This document shows positions 13,765 to 27,359 of a stretch of DNA of 64,000 bases, one piece after another. Source of the stretch: Ylistrum balloti (taxonomy: Eukaryota); the NCBI RefSeq assembly GCF_031769215.1, contig NW_026782140.1:1488001-1552000 (forward strand). The letters run 5' to 3'. The translations under genes and the position numbers were made by a program. Positions within the stretch are counted from its first letter, which is position 1. Every line of letters begins with the position of its first letter. Under the pieces are notes generated by a model. It was not told where the DNA came from and ran no database searches. It was given only the letters and a program-made list of their open reading frames with translations.

Positions 13765-13975
13765 TCAAATATTACGTCAGGGTGACCCTGGTGTAATGTA
13801 CATGATAATAAACGGAGTATCACGTTATGATACACCAGATATTGCGTCAGGGTGATCCTGGTGAGATGTACATGATAATAAACGGAGTATCACGTTATGA
13901 TACACCAGATATTACGTCAGGGTGACCCTGGTGTGATATACATGATAATAAACGGAGTATCACGTTTTGATACAT
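13765..13975. repeat. 70-bp tandem repeat, about 3 copies
   Basis: catgataataaacggagtatcacgttatgatacaccagatatt(a/g)cgtcagggtga(c/t)cctggtg recurs at 13801, 13871 and 13941. Confidence 0.85.
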
Positions 13976-14569
13976 CACTTCAGCTGATACAAGTACACCT
14001 GAAGCCAAATAACGTTTGTATCTTCTATTTTCATAACGTAAAATGTAGTTCATTAATTCACTCTAGTTTTCAAATATTACATCAGGAAAGTACGATACAG
14101 AAATTATACGTCCCTGACGAAGTTCATTGTTTATTTAACTTGAAGTCTTACTGCTCATAAGCATTCATAACAACACATAATTGATACGTAAGTAATATGA
14201 AACACAAAGACGTTGTTTCAACATATATAAAGCATAATCGTGTAGGTCGTATTTAGTTAGTGTAAATAATCTGTCCTTATCATGTACAGGATAGATAACT
14301 GACCGGAAGATGGACAGCTCTTGTATAGTTACTTAATATAGGTGTACATTGACTTTACATAAGAATACATAGGCTAGAATAGAACCATAAAGTGACAACA
14401 TTTACTATCAACATTATCAAATAAATGCTCGAACAGAGCATACATATGTATAGAGTGGTGTAGTCAGAGGTTAAAGGCAACAATATGTATAGAGTGGTGT
14501 AGTCAGGGGATGGACGGTAACAACATGTATAGAGTGGTGTAGTCAGAGGTTAAAGGCAACAATAAATAT

Positions 14570-15010
14570 AATGTTGTAGACAAATAAACTCGATTGCAGG
14601 TAATTTCCTAAGGTACAAAGTTCCTTTCTGTTACGTATACAGATAGCAGCTGGACAAGTTCATATGAAGATGGACGGTTCCAATAATTCTTTTTAATGAA
14701 CTTTTTACGAATATCTACATATATTGGACAGATCAGAACAAAATGTGACTCATCTTCTACCTGATTTCGATTACAAAACCGACATAACATATTCTGCCTT
14801 GGAATACCACGATAACGACCTTCTTCTATACAGATGGGATGAAAGTCGTAATTTCGATATAAGTTTTAAGATAAGCATCTTGGATAGACTTTGTGGAAAA
14901 AAATTGCAATGTGACCATTCTAGTAGTCTATTATTAAAACAACTTACCAAAGTGATTCCTCTGTAATTATTTGGATTATTGGCCTCACCTTATTCGAACA
15001 AAGAGAAAAC
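14570..15010 (-). mobile_element. Internally deleted non-LTR retrotransposon (CR1/L2-group-like) ORF2 remnant
   Basis: The minus strand reads EANNPNNYRGITLVS (RT N-terminal motif, about 14945-14990) and LCRFCNRNQVEDESHFVLICPIYVDIRKKFI (Cys/His C-terminal motif, about 14700-14790). Confidence 0.7.
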
Positions 15011-18000
15011 AATACTCCTTGACCAGACCGAGGGAAAGACGCCCATATCAAAGATAATATTAAACAATTGTGAAAGACTGGCGCGATCTCTCCTTATGTT
15101 TATAAAAAAAAATCGTTAAGAATGTTAACGATGACGGGAGAGTTACCTAATTTGGCAACTTTTAATACATTGTTTTGTTCAGTATTCGTAATTAGATAAT
15201 ACAATTCATCATATACCTGTAAATTATCGTAGTCTGGAAAATTTGATGACATATTAAAGTCATCCCCACTATTTGCAAAAAGTCACCGGTGTTCAAATGT
15301 TCTACGTAACATATTTACATATATGGTCACCTTCTGATCTCAGTTACTTATATTAAACCAGCCTTTCACAGCGTTTATACTTACATTGGAATCCCACAAG
15401 ACATAGCCAAGTCCTGTTGGTATGACTTTCGGAATTAAATGAAAATAAATTGTGTCGATACAAGTTGTAAAAATGTCTACATTTAACACGAGTCCAGGGC
15501 TTATGAACACGATGGTTTGTCTTATTGCAAGATGGACGAATAGAAAATTATCTCCAACATGGACTAAATATTTCATGATGAAAAAACTCAATACCGTGAT
15601 CTATAGAGATTAAGTAATTAGTATTGAAATTAACGTATGGATATCATTTAATTATAGGGGATACTCTCTTAAGCAGCGTGGTGGCATACTAAAGTGAGAA
15701 ACCTACTTTGTATACATTTATTATATTTTGCCAGTGAAATATAGGAATTTACAAGTTTGACGAAAGCACACCAGTGCAGTGACGATCTTCTCTTTTCACT
15801 AGTGATATAGCTGGTAAATTTGACCGACCAACCAAACCGGTGACTTCTAGACACTCCATTGAAATTCGCCGATTTTCCTGTACTGATACAAATGTAGCGA
15901 ATGTTGAATAAGTTTGTTTTCCGTCAAATAATTGCCTTGTACCATTTCTGGTTTTCTCTCATTTGTAATATAAAGTAATTTTGTAAGCAGTTCTTACAAG
16001 ATAGCAACGTACAATGTGAAGCTGCCTATTCGAAATGGCGGCGTCTGATCCTGAAAAAGATATATATATATTTGGAATACATAACAGGCATAGTGTGTAT
16101 TAATCTTCTCCATACCCGTTCTTAAATAGCATTGTTGTATACTAAACATGTATACAAAATATATATAAACAAAGTGTCTTTTCCCCATACTTTATGATTA
16201 TTGTATTTAACATTCAGTTCATAGACAAGTACTCCACTTAAATATAACTACAGTGTAATATGTTATTGCTGATCCATACACAAAAAACGGGTTTTTGAAT
16301 AAACATTCATGAATATCAAAACTGGAATTTTTTGTGTCTGAAACATATTTGGGATGCATATTATAAATAAAACTGTAAGCGATTTGGCTCGTTTATGTGT
16401 CTATCTGATCGGAAACATCAGAGACCTGAGATAATCCGCCTGTTGGAATAAGGCGAGTTCCCTAAGACAACAACAGGGAGGAGGGGCAGGGCGGCGTCTT
16501 TAGATGATTCCCCTAACAGGTATCTCGTTAATGACTTGTGACCTCTATTTTGTTGTTTTAGAGGTCATTTCCTCTGTATATTTGGCTTATGTGTTAACAG
16601 TTATCACTCGACCTACCTGTTTAGGAAGCCTACCCACAGTTACGTATACACGCGGTAAACATGAAAAAGAAGGTATGTTATGGTAAAATGGAGTTGTTTC
16701 TATCTAATTAATTGCTGAAATGCAACACGAAGAAAACCTGAACGCAGTCATCACACTTTACCATTACTGGCGAAACCATCATACCGGCAGGTTGTCGCAG
16801 AAATTCGCCTGTTTTTCCAGGAATATTACACCACAATCACTGTTAGGTGAGTCAAATGTTGCTTCTTTTTCATTAATTAATAAACTAATTAAACTTAACC
16901 AATTAAAAGTCGATAGAACAAGGGCTTTCTATATACGGTAAATATTTCCTAACTTTACAGCTAAAACGTCAGGTTTCCTAATGATTTTCACAGACTTAGT
17001 TATATAGTGAATTGCTATTAAGATTTCAATATTCATAAAATGCCACTGGCCCTTTGAGTACAATACACAATAGCATGATATATAGATAATTATTATCTTT
17101 TAAAAGTAACTAATGGGTTCTTAATTGAGAAGTACAAAATCTGGCGAAGCAATAAGTATATACTTAGATAGAATTGAAGAGAGCAGTTTTGTACCTAAAT
17201 ATGTTTATATAGAAAAAAAAATTACTTGATGTATCTAGAGAGGCTCGGATAGGCGTTTCTCTTGAACAAAGTTAATCTTTTTTTTAACAATGCACGGATT
17301 CAACCATACATTTTCAAATATTAGATTATTTAAATCATTCCTTATAGTTAAAGTTACCACACTGATATATAACACATGGAAACAATTCTCACTGCGTACA
17401 GCTTTAAACCAATGTTTTAATCTGAGTTCACAGGAGAACTTACCCAATTCGCAATATGTGATATTATTATTTATTGATTTTTGTTCACTAGAAATAATTT
17501 CTTATAAAAGGCCATATGATTTTATTTTCTACATTAAGTCGCACAAGGAATATAGACATTTATCGATGAAATAGGTATACGGGAGAGAAAAATTACATAT
17601 TTTTTTTAGATAACATAAGTATTTTTTATATATAAGTACTGAAAAAGTATACAGTTTTTGTTTGTGGTACATTATAATAAATGCTATTTCAATTCGTAGA
17701 AAATATCGGACATTCCATGAACAGCTACACAGTACAATGTACAAAGAGAAAAGACAACATTTAGTGAAGACGCTTGACTGACACGACGTGTGATCGAAAT
17801 TTCGGCATTTTTTAGCATGTGGTACGAAATGGGTGACAAGAACGTGTTGTTATATAAAACGCTTTCTTCGGATTCTGTATTTGACATGCAAACGGGAGAA
17901 AACAGACTTAACAGTTGATTAAGTTATTACATACAAATGTGTGTCTAAAAAGAATTAAGCATAACGAATCTTCATTATTTCTCCTGTAAAATATGTTTCT

Positions 18001-18204
18001 GAGAGGATGACATGCATGGATATTTAGCAATGTAATATCACGGACTTGTATGTATTTAAGTCCGTGGTAATATCTAAGAGTAATATATATTCACAGGATA
18101 CTGTGGAGGTTAATTAGATGTAGCATATTCATGAGATATTTAAATCTAGATATCAATATTCATACCGACTTGAATATTCATGCTTTCTAATTCAAAATCT
18201 ACCT

Positions 18205-18335
18205 TAAATCTACCTGAAGTTTACCATATTCCTATTGTAAATCAAAATCTACCATAAGTTTACCATATTCCTATTGTAAATCAAAATCTACCATAAGTTT
18301 ACCATATTCCTATTGTAAATCAAAACCTACCTTAA
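18205..18335. repeat. Short tandem repeat of about 39 bp, 3 copies
   Basis: aagtttaccatattcctattgtaaatcaaaa(t/c)ctacc is repeated. Confidence 0.8.
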
Positions 18336-18544
18336 GTCTCTAAAGAACCCTATAGAGTAGAATCCAGTACATTTTATGGATGGAAGTTTACAAACGTTGT
18401 GAGTTTTATGGCACATTTGTCCCTGTGGTAGGGGGGTTGGGGGGGTAATGTTTACGATTGTTTAAATAAGTTTTTGTCAAAATTTGTTTAATTCACAATT
18501 CAGACAGAAGTATCAACAAGGGACGACAGTGTATGTTGTACATC

Positions 18545-19725
18545 TTTTACATTACTTACAGCAGTTGTACTGTAGTGACAGAACCCTAGGGCCTCGTGTT
18601 AAACCTTACAACAGTTGTATTGTATTGACAGTTAGAACCCTAGGGCCTCGTGTTAAACCTTACAACAGTCGTACTGTAGTGACAGAACCCTAGGGCCTCG
18701 TGTTAAACCTTACAACACACTGTTGTAGTGACAGAACCCTAGGGCCTCGTGTTAAACCTTGTACTGTAGTGACAGAACCCTAGGGCCTCGTGTTAAACCT
18801 TACAACAGCTGTACTGTAGTGACAGAACCCTAGGGCCTCGTGTTAAACCTTACAACAGCTGTACTGTAGTGACAGAACCCTAGGGCCTCGTGTTAAACCT
18901 TACAACAGTTGTATTGTATTGACAGTTAGAACCCTAGGGCCTCGTGTTAAACCTTACAACAGTTGTATTGTATTGACAGTTAGAACCCTAGGGCCTCGTG
19001 TTAAACCTTACAACAGTTGTATTGTATTGACAGTTAGAACCCTAGGGCCTCGTGTTAAACCTTACAACAGTCGTACTGTAGTGACAGAACCCTAGGGCCT
19101 CGTGTTAAACCTTACAACAGTCGTACTGTAGTGACAGAACCCTAGGGCCTCGTGTTAAACCTTACAACAGTCGTACTGTAGTGACAGAACCCTAGGGCTT
19201 CGTGTTAAACCTTACAACAGCTGTACTGTAGTGACAGAACCCTAGGGCCTCGTGTTAAACCTTACAACAGTCGTACTGTAGTGACAGAACCCTAGGGCCT
19301 CGTGTTAAACCTTACAACAGTCGTACTGTAGTGACAGAACCCTAGGGCCTCGTGTTAAACCTTACAACAGTCGTACTGTAGTGACAGAACCCTAGGGCCT
19401 CGTGTTAAACCTTACAACAGTCGTACTGTAGTGACAGAACCCTAGGGCCTCGTGTTAAACCTTACAACAGTCGTACTGTAGTGACAGAACCCTAGGGCCT
19501 CGTGTTAAACCTTACAACAGTCGTTCTGTAGTGACAGAACCCTAGGGCCTCGTGTTAAACCTTACCGCAGTTGGACTGTAGTGACAGAACCCTAGGGCCT
19601 CGTGTTAAACCTTACAACAGTTGTACTGTAGTGAGAGTTAGGACCCTAGGGCCTCGTGTTAAACATTACAGCAGTTGTACTGTAGTGACAGTTAGAACCC
19701 TAGGGACTCGTGTTAAACCTTACAT
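18545..19725. repeat. About 50-bp minisatellite with length variants and a palindromic CCCTAGGG core, about 23 copies
   Basis: Unit gtactgtagtgacagaaccctagggcctcgtgttaaaccttacaacagtc. Confidence 0.95.
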
Positions 19726-20474
19726 AATTATAAACTAAAACATGTTATTTAGAATTATGTCATGCCTCAAATGATATATGTTACACGTCGTCCTTTGAAA
19801 GGATAAAACAACAAAATAACTCAAATTTTAGAGATCTACAGATAAGTGTTGTAGAGTAGCACAAAAAGATTAAACTGTCACAGCCTGAAGGTTAGTGCCT
19901 CGCGTGGATACACTTAATACTAACGCGATAGTGCTCTGTAATTCGTACCCTTGGTGACTGAGAATCAAATATCATTTTTAACAATAAGATGACCAATGAA
20001 CGAACAAAATTAAAAAAAAACTTATTGACGGAATATTTCCATTCTATATAATGACGGAAAGTAATTAACAGAGTTATCTGTTATACCCTAAAATATTTAT
20101 TTAACAACCATAAATACAAAATCACGTTAGCTTACTTAGTACCAAGGCTTGTCTGGGTTTTTTTTCAGACACTCTCTCCCGAATATATCTGGTGTAAATT
20201 CTTTGCTCTCTCCCGAATCTCCTTAACGTAGATTTCCTACTTTCTCCCAGATTCCCCCATCCTGTTTTTCCTCTCTTTAACCAACCCTTTTCCACTCCAT
20301 TCTGATTGTCCACACTCTCCCTTATCTCCTTTATGTAGATTATCCGCACGTCTCCATCTTGAGTGCCTGCCCACTGTCTCCCGAACCACCTCATCAATAT
20401 TAATTGTCCGCACGCTCTCGAATCTCCCTCATGTACATCGACCACTCCTATCCCTATCTCTCTCACGTAGATTG

Positions 20475-20477
<3 letters not shown>

Positions 20478-20545
<68 letters not shown>
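20478..20545. repeat. (CT)n microsatellite
   Basis: An uninterrupted CT run. It explains the poly-ER pseudo-ORF. Confidence 0.95.
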
Positions 20546-20549
<4 letters not shown>

Positions 20550-20589
20550 CTCTGATGTAGATAATGTCTCAAATTTTCATTGACTGACT

Positions 20590-20850
20590 TATCTCCCATC
20601 TTGACTGTTCTCTCTCATCTCTCTCCCACCTTGATTGTCCTCTCCCACCTCTCTCCCACCTTGATTGTCCTCTCTCCCACCTTGATTGTCCTCTCCCACC
20701 TCTCTCCCACCTTGATTGTCCTCTCTCCCACCTTGATTGTCCTCTCTTCCACCTTTGATTGTCCTCTCTCCCACCTTTATTATCCTCTCTCCCACCTTTA
20801 TTGTCCTCTCTCCCACCTTGACTGATCCCTTTCCCACCTTAAGGTTCCTC
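20590..20850. repeat. Pyrimidine-rich short tandem repeat
   Basis: ctctcccaccttgattgtcct-type units. Confidence 0.85.
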
Positions 20851-21025
20851 TCCCCATTTTAAGGGTCCCCTCCCTCTGTCAGTACCTCCCCACTTCTTGA
20901 TAGTCCTGTCTCCCATCCATTCTTCTCTCTTTTTCGACATCAACAATGTTTGGTTGCTCTCCACTCCATTCCCTCACGACTTCTTTTTCTCACACTAAAA
21001 CACATACACGCACTCTCCCTCGCAC

Positions 21026-21183
21026 NNNNNNNNNNNNNNNNNNNNNNNNNNNNNNNNNNNNNNNNNNNNNNNNNNNNNNNNNNNNNNNNNNNNNNNNNNN
21101 NNNNNNNNNNNNNNNNNNNNNNNNNNNNNNNNNNNNNNNNNNNNNNNNNNNNNNNNNNNNNNNNNNNNNNNNNNNNNNNNNNN
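21026..21183. other. Assembly gap (158 N)
   Basis: A run of N characters. Confidence 1.
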
Positions 21184-22649
21184 TTTCATAGAAAATTTCT
21201 CTTTCAGTATGTGTTAACATTTTCCATGAGTATATATATATATATATATATATTAAACATTACACAAGTGTGATCTTTTATTGAGCAAACGAAGTATACA
21301 TTCATTGTGTATTCTTTAAAATAGCCCGTATTACAGTATAAAATCACTATTTCAGTTTGTGTTAACACTGTCCATGTTTATGTATAATCCTTACAAAAGC
21401 ACATCCTTGCTTTGATTCTTGGTAACTGGCTGGTGACATAATATTAAATATAAACAAGTTCATTTGATCATTTTACTGCGTTTCAATAATAATAATAAAA
21501 AAAATGTTCAATAGAAAATGAAAAAGGTCATAAGTAATCACTTGTAAATTAAAAACTAACCTTTCTAGTCCTTGTTAATTACATTTTTCATAATAGGTAG
21601 TATCTGATCTAGCGTAGATAAGAAAATCGGGTAAAATTTGCATATCTAATTACTCATTTAAATATGTTGTACAATTTGGACATAGCGACGTTTAAATGTT
21701 CCATTTTGAGACAAAGACACTCCCATCGTAATCCCTTAGGTGTATTTCTCATATTGTTTTCCTGAAGTCGTGTATGTTGGTGTAGAGTCATTAGCACACA
21801 TGGTGCTGTTGCAATTAAAATTCAATGCAACGAATAAAAACAACCTATTGAGAGGTGTTCAGGTTTAAAAAAAAAAAAAAAAAACTACGTTGCAATATTT
21901 CGTAAAAAAATAAAAGGAAAAATGAAGCTGAAACATGGGAAGATTTTGAAGCTAATGGGTTGTGGTGTAGTGGATTTGTTTTACATACGTTCGATATACG
22001 TTATCTTTGTCATGATACACAATGATATCATCTAAATTTAATTATAGGTAATTAGTTGAACGGGTACGGAAACTGAATTTGATTATCACAATTTACAAAA
22101 TGTAATACCCGACATTACTTTGCTTAATTAGTTAGCGTAAATTGTATGCGGTCAAAATGTGGTATGATCAAGGGACACAAAATATGGATGTCATTCACAT
22201 TAGTTTATACAGACATAATTCATTGAATACAAGCTCGAAAAAATTGATGACATCATGACAGTATTTGTTCGGGGCAGGTCAGTAGCCGGACAGCAGTAGG
22301 CTATCTCAATAATTGTTTAATTGTTTAATAAATTCAATCTCCATTTCCTTTTACCCAATCACAATACATTTATGAATGTGAAATGGAATAAAATAACTAT
22401 CGTTAACTTATTCTCACCCTTCTGTCTGCATGGTATGCACACGTTAATTGATCTGAAAGATTGGCGTAATTGAGATAACGTTGGCCGCGAGCTGGACATC
22501 TGACCCGTAGAAATAATCGCGATCATGTGTATTGTTGCATGTACCTTGGAACGTCATTCTGTAAAAGAACTGGCTGATCATTCTCAAACATGGAATTTTT
22601 TCGTTAAAAAAAGCTACAGTGTTCAATAATATATTGTCTGATTACAGAT

Positions 22650-25439
22650 ATGACCATGGGGGCTCCGTCCGACAAGAAGTGCTCGCAGAGGAACAGGATC
22701 AAGTACACACCGGAACAGGTCAGTACACATTGTGCAAATAAAACACACAAATTAATTCATGTGAATAGCACGTGTATAGTGAGAATTATATACAAAGGTT
22801 CGTTAATAGCACGTGTATGGTGGGAATTATGTACAAATGTTGGTGTATGTACAAATGTTGGTGAATATCACTTTTATAGCGGGAATTCTGTACAAATGTC
22901 AGTGAATAGCACGTGTATAGCGGGGATTACTTACAAAGGTTGATGAGTAGCACGTGTATAGCGGAAATTATATAAAACAGTTAGTAAATAGCACGTGTAT
23001 AGCGGGAATTATGTACAAATGTTAGTGAATAGCACGTGTATGACGGGAATTCTGTACAAATGTTAGTGAATCACACGTGTATGACGGGAATTATGTACAA
23101 ATGTTTGTGAATAGTACGTGTATAGCGGGAATTATGTACAAATGTTAGTGAATAGCACGTGTATAGCGGGAATTATGTACAAATGTTAGTGAATAGCACG
23201 TGTATGACGGGAATTCTGTACAAATGTTAGTGAATCACACGTGTATGACGGGAATTATGTACAAATGTTTGTGAATAGTACGTGTATAGCGGGAATTATG
23301 TACAAATGTTAGTGAATAGCACGTGTATAGTGGGAATTGTGTAGAAACTTAGAAGAACAGAAAACGATGACAGGTTCAGTGATAAGTAATGAGGACGAAT
23401 TACTCAATTTACAATAGCCGACAACAGTTCAGTAGTGAGGAACAATTATACAATGTCCAACAGACAATTACAGATTCAGTAATAAGGAAGGTGTCGGATA
23501 GAAGATTCTTGTGTACGATATCGTATCAAGGTAAGGATTTAGATACGTTCTTTAAAGTGCTAAGTAGATAAGGCGGGCGTTTATGTTAGTTGAGGGGCGA
23601 CAATGATAGTATTTACTGATAGTCATTGTCTTAATCTCCAGTTGGAACGTCTGGAGAGGGAGTTCGGTATTTCCCACTACCCTGATACCGCCACCATGGA
23701 GGACTTGGCCCTGGGATTAGACGTCAGCCTCGACCGGGTGTCAGTAAGTTACTATGTCCCATGTCATTGGTTTGTTGTATCATACGAAATGGAATGCTGT
23801 AACCACGCCCCCACCCCACCCCCCTTTTCTAAGACTTAACGTTAACTGTGAAAAAGAAACCTGGTTATCAATGGTCAGTGAGTAGCAGCAGAATCAAAGA
23901 CAGACTTTGTTCCACCGCAGATCTTCAAAGTGTTTCTGCCAAGCGACCGGTCACTACCAGATATAAACGGTGGTCATCAGTCAAGGTCGCATGAAGGTCA
24001 GCCTAACTTGAGTACATATTCCAATCACCATTCCACATTCTACACGTGATAAGATTTTGGTGGCCATCGGTCAAGCTTAAAGTCAAAGGTCAACCATGGC
24101 CATTTTCGAAATAGATATCTTACGAACCTCCGGACAAACAGTTCATAGTCACATCATAGTATAATCATCATGTCCAACACTTGAGTACATTTGTCAAGGT
24201 TATAGGGCTAAAGGTCATACATATCCTCTTTCGAAATGCATACAAGATAGCTCAAGAAAATTTTCTTTAGTCAGACCAGGGGTCATGGAGGGGGTTGGGT
24301 TATATCTATACATTGTATGCGAGCCCTTGTAGGTGAGGTGATGGTGTACTACACCAGTGTGAATATTATAGCTAAGTTACTTATCGATTGTAAAACCTTT
24401 GGACTCCGAAGATGTAGTTGGTTTTTTGTGAAATCTTTTGTTATTAGATGCTGATCTTGATTTCCCCTATGGACTAGATAACATATAATACATGTGATAT
24501 TGACCAGTGTCACATGACCAGCTTGTGACATGTTCGTAAAACCCAATAATTGTATAACGAACATCACGTATTAGTATATTCTCACGAAGGAACATGTAAA
24601 CATTTGCCATCTTAATCTGTTTTCAGATTTGGTTCCAAAACAGACGTTCCAAGTTCAAGCGTCAGTCTAAGGAAAGTCACGTGACGTGGATGAGGAAACA
24701 AATTTTTAACCAGGACACAGCTCCCGCTCCCAGTAACATCGTCCAACCAAAGTTCGTGTCCAGGCGTCACGTTCTATCGGCACCTACGTACCCCATCACT
24801 AGTAGACGCGACCTGTCGTGGCACAGACGACCATCTTCCAAGTAAGTAGATGTAGACGTTGTGCCAATCATCCCTCAGCATAAAGTTAATAAACGGAGTT
24901 AGCGCCCTTTGCTTACTTTCTAAATTTTGTTCTGTTACATATACGTTGCTTCCTGCTATAATGTAATGAATGATAGATTTAGTCAACAATTGATGTCAAT
25001 TTTAGTTTAATCTTCTCGTTTTATTTTCAGTCTCCATTATCTACCGCCGACACATGTCATGTACGATCAGCTGGCTGATGTCCCCCATCAGCTGCCATCA
25101 TCGAGTGGAAATGGCTACCCAGCACCACCAGAAACAGCTTTCTATCCATACTCTCAGTGCCCCGCAGAAAACTCGCCTCCCCAATCACCACCCTTGTCGC
25201 CGCTGATGACGTCACCACCCTTGTCGTCGCCGATGACGTCGTCACTGCAATCACAGTCGCTGACTCTGTCGCAACTGATGAGTGAAGGTCATCAGATGGT
25301 TTCCGCCACCAGCTCTTACCAGATATGTGCCGATCAAGCCCCGCCCAGCTGTGTGTTCGCCGACCATTATAACCCCATGCCTTTCTACCCGGCTTGCTCA
25401 ACTCCTTTCTCGTCCCGCCAACAGCTGTCCGGAGTGTGA
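22650..25439 (+). CDS. Divergent PRD-class-like homeobox protein with a Q50 homeodomain (264 aa from this Met; the true N-terminus may lie upstream)
   Basis: Exons 22650-22718, 23642-23743, 24627-24841 and 25031-25439 are GT-AG and in phase (795 nt). The homeodomain is SQRNRIKYTPEQ|LERLEREFGISHYPDTATMEDLALGLDVSLDRVS|IWFQNRRSKFKRQS, followed by a P/S/Q/Y-rich C-terminus and AATAAA near 25545. An acceptor-like ttacag at 22642-22647 sits 2 nt before the ATG. Confidence 0.9.
22770..23340. repeat. 41-bp minisatellite in homeobox intron 1, about 14 copies
   Basis: Unit gtgaatagcacgtgtatagcgggaattatgtacaaatgtta. Confidence 0.9.
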
Positions 25440-25886
25440 CACTATAGACAACTCTGTTAACACACAAAATGTGCTATGATACTTAGTAACTGCTATGAAT
25501 GTTATCCTTTTCAAACGGACAATAATTTGTACAGCGTTGTGTAAATAAACGTTAATTACTAGGTAGATGTAAAACTGTGCTGTGTATAAAATATATATAT
25601 ATATTTACTATGTAAGTTTCTGTATGTCTTAGCATTGTAGCGACATTTGTCAGAGATATTCTGTGTGTTGAACCTGGATGTTTTATGTGTTATATAGTAC
25701 ACAAAGACATTCAGTACCAAATGGTTTTATTGCTATCTTATATCAGGATGAGTTAGAAAAAATATCAACAATAACTAGTTATAATTTGAAATCAGATTTG
25801 CGACATAGCCTAAATATTTACGTCGTGTTGAATTTAAAATGTCATATATATTATTATAATTACAATAATAAGATTAATCGCAGTTA

Positions 25887-26897
25887 AAAGAATGTTTATA
25901 CCGCATCAACACACCTTTAACGCGTTTTGGTTAAAAGAATGTTTCTACCGCATCAACACACCTTTAACGCGTTTTGGTTAAAAGAATGTTTCTACCGCAC
26001 CAACACACCTTTAACGCGTTTTGGTTAAAAGAATGTTTCTACCGCATCAACACACCTTTAACGCGTTTTGGTTAAAAGAATGTTTCTACCGCACCAACAC
26101 ACCTTTAACGCGTTTTGGTTAAAAGAATGTTTCTACCGCACCAACACACCTTTAACGCGTTTTGGTTAAAAGAATGTTTCTACCGCACCAACACACCTTT
26201 AACGCGTTTTGGTTAAAAGAATGTTTCTACCGCACCAACACACCTTTAACGCGTTTTGGTTAAAAGAATGTTTCTACCGCACCAACACACCTTTAACGCG
26301 TTTTGGTTAAAAGAATGTTTCTACCGCATCAACACACCTTTAACCGCACCGCACCAACACACCTTTAACGCGTTTTGGTTAAAAGAATGTTTCTACCGCA
26401 CCAACACACCTTTAACGCGTTTTGGTTAAAAGAATGTTTCTACCGCATCAACACACCTTTAACGCGTTTTGGTCAAATGAATGTTTCTACCGCACCAACA
26501 CACCTTTAACGCGTTTTGGTTAAAAGAATGTTTCTACCGCACCAACACACCTTTAACGCGTTTTGGTTAAAAGAATGTTTCTACCGCACCAACACACCTT
26601 TAACGCGTTTTGGTTAAAAGAATGTTTCTACCGCACCAACACACCTTTAACGCCTTTTGGTTAAAAGAATGTTTCTACCGCATCAACACACATTTAACGC
26701 CTTTTGGTTAAAAGAATGTTTCTACCGCACCAACACACCTTTAACGCCTTTTGGTTAAAAGAATGTTTCTACCGCACCAACACACCTTTAACGCGTTTTG
26801 GTTAAAAGAATGTTTCTACCGCACCAACACACCTTTAACGCCTTTTGGTTAAAAGAATGTTTCTACCGCATCAACACACATTTAACGCCTTTTGGTT
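25887..26897. repeat. 47-bp minisatellite, about 21 copies
   Basis: Unit ttaaaagaatgtttctaccgca(c/t)caacacacctttaacgcgttttgg. The period was checked at 25941/25988. Confidence 0.95.
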
Positions 26898-27359
26898 GGC
26901 TGCTTGCCAAAGGAAGTTTGACCGGAAGGACGCTTAAGAAATTCGCGGAAATTAAACGATGTAATATTTAGTTTGTGATTGTTTTTGTAATATAATAAAG
27001 ATAACAAAGCCGTTGATTCCTTGTTATGATTCGTAATAAATTATGATATTTCCACATATTTCTTAAATTATTATTTTTGTGACATTTCACTACAGGTCAT
27101 ATAATCACATACCTAACAGCGGGAATAGAACAAGTCAATCCATCGAGTTTCTTTAAAGTAACTTTTTGAAAAATAACTAACTCGAGTGACAGAAATAGCA
27201 TATTCAATAGTTGAGTGACCTATATACTTCTGGTATCAGTTTTGGTATGAGATATATTTACGGTGGTGAAAGGAGCAAATACATTTCTAGTTAACTAAGA
27301 GAGATACTATTCATCTTTCATGTCAAAAACGGTGTCTTACTTCTAATAGAGTTTAACTC

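Noticed and set aside
15340-16060. Possible minus-strand exons (acceptor near 16055, donor GTAAGT near 15380; ORF 15340-15591)
   Set aside because: No recognisable protein and no consistent in-frame model. It could be UTR or lncRNA, but I cannot support that.
18545-19725. CRISPR-like appearance of regular repeats with a palindromic core
   Set aside because: There are no unique spacers and no cas genes, and the context is eukaryotic. No array in the window has repeat-spacer structure.
20122-20547. 141-aa ORF with poly-ER
   Set aside because: It arises from the (CT)n microsatellite.
20946-21273. ORFs spanning poly-X
   Set aside because: Artefacts of the N gap.
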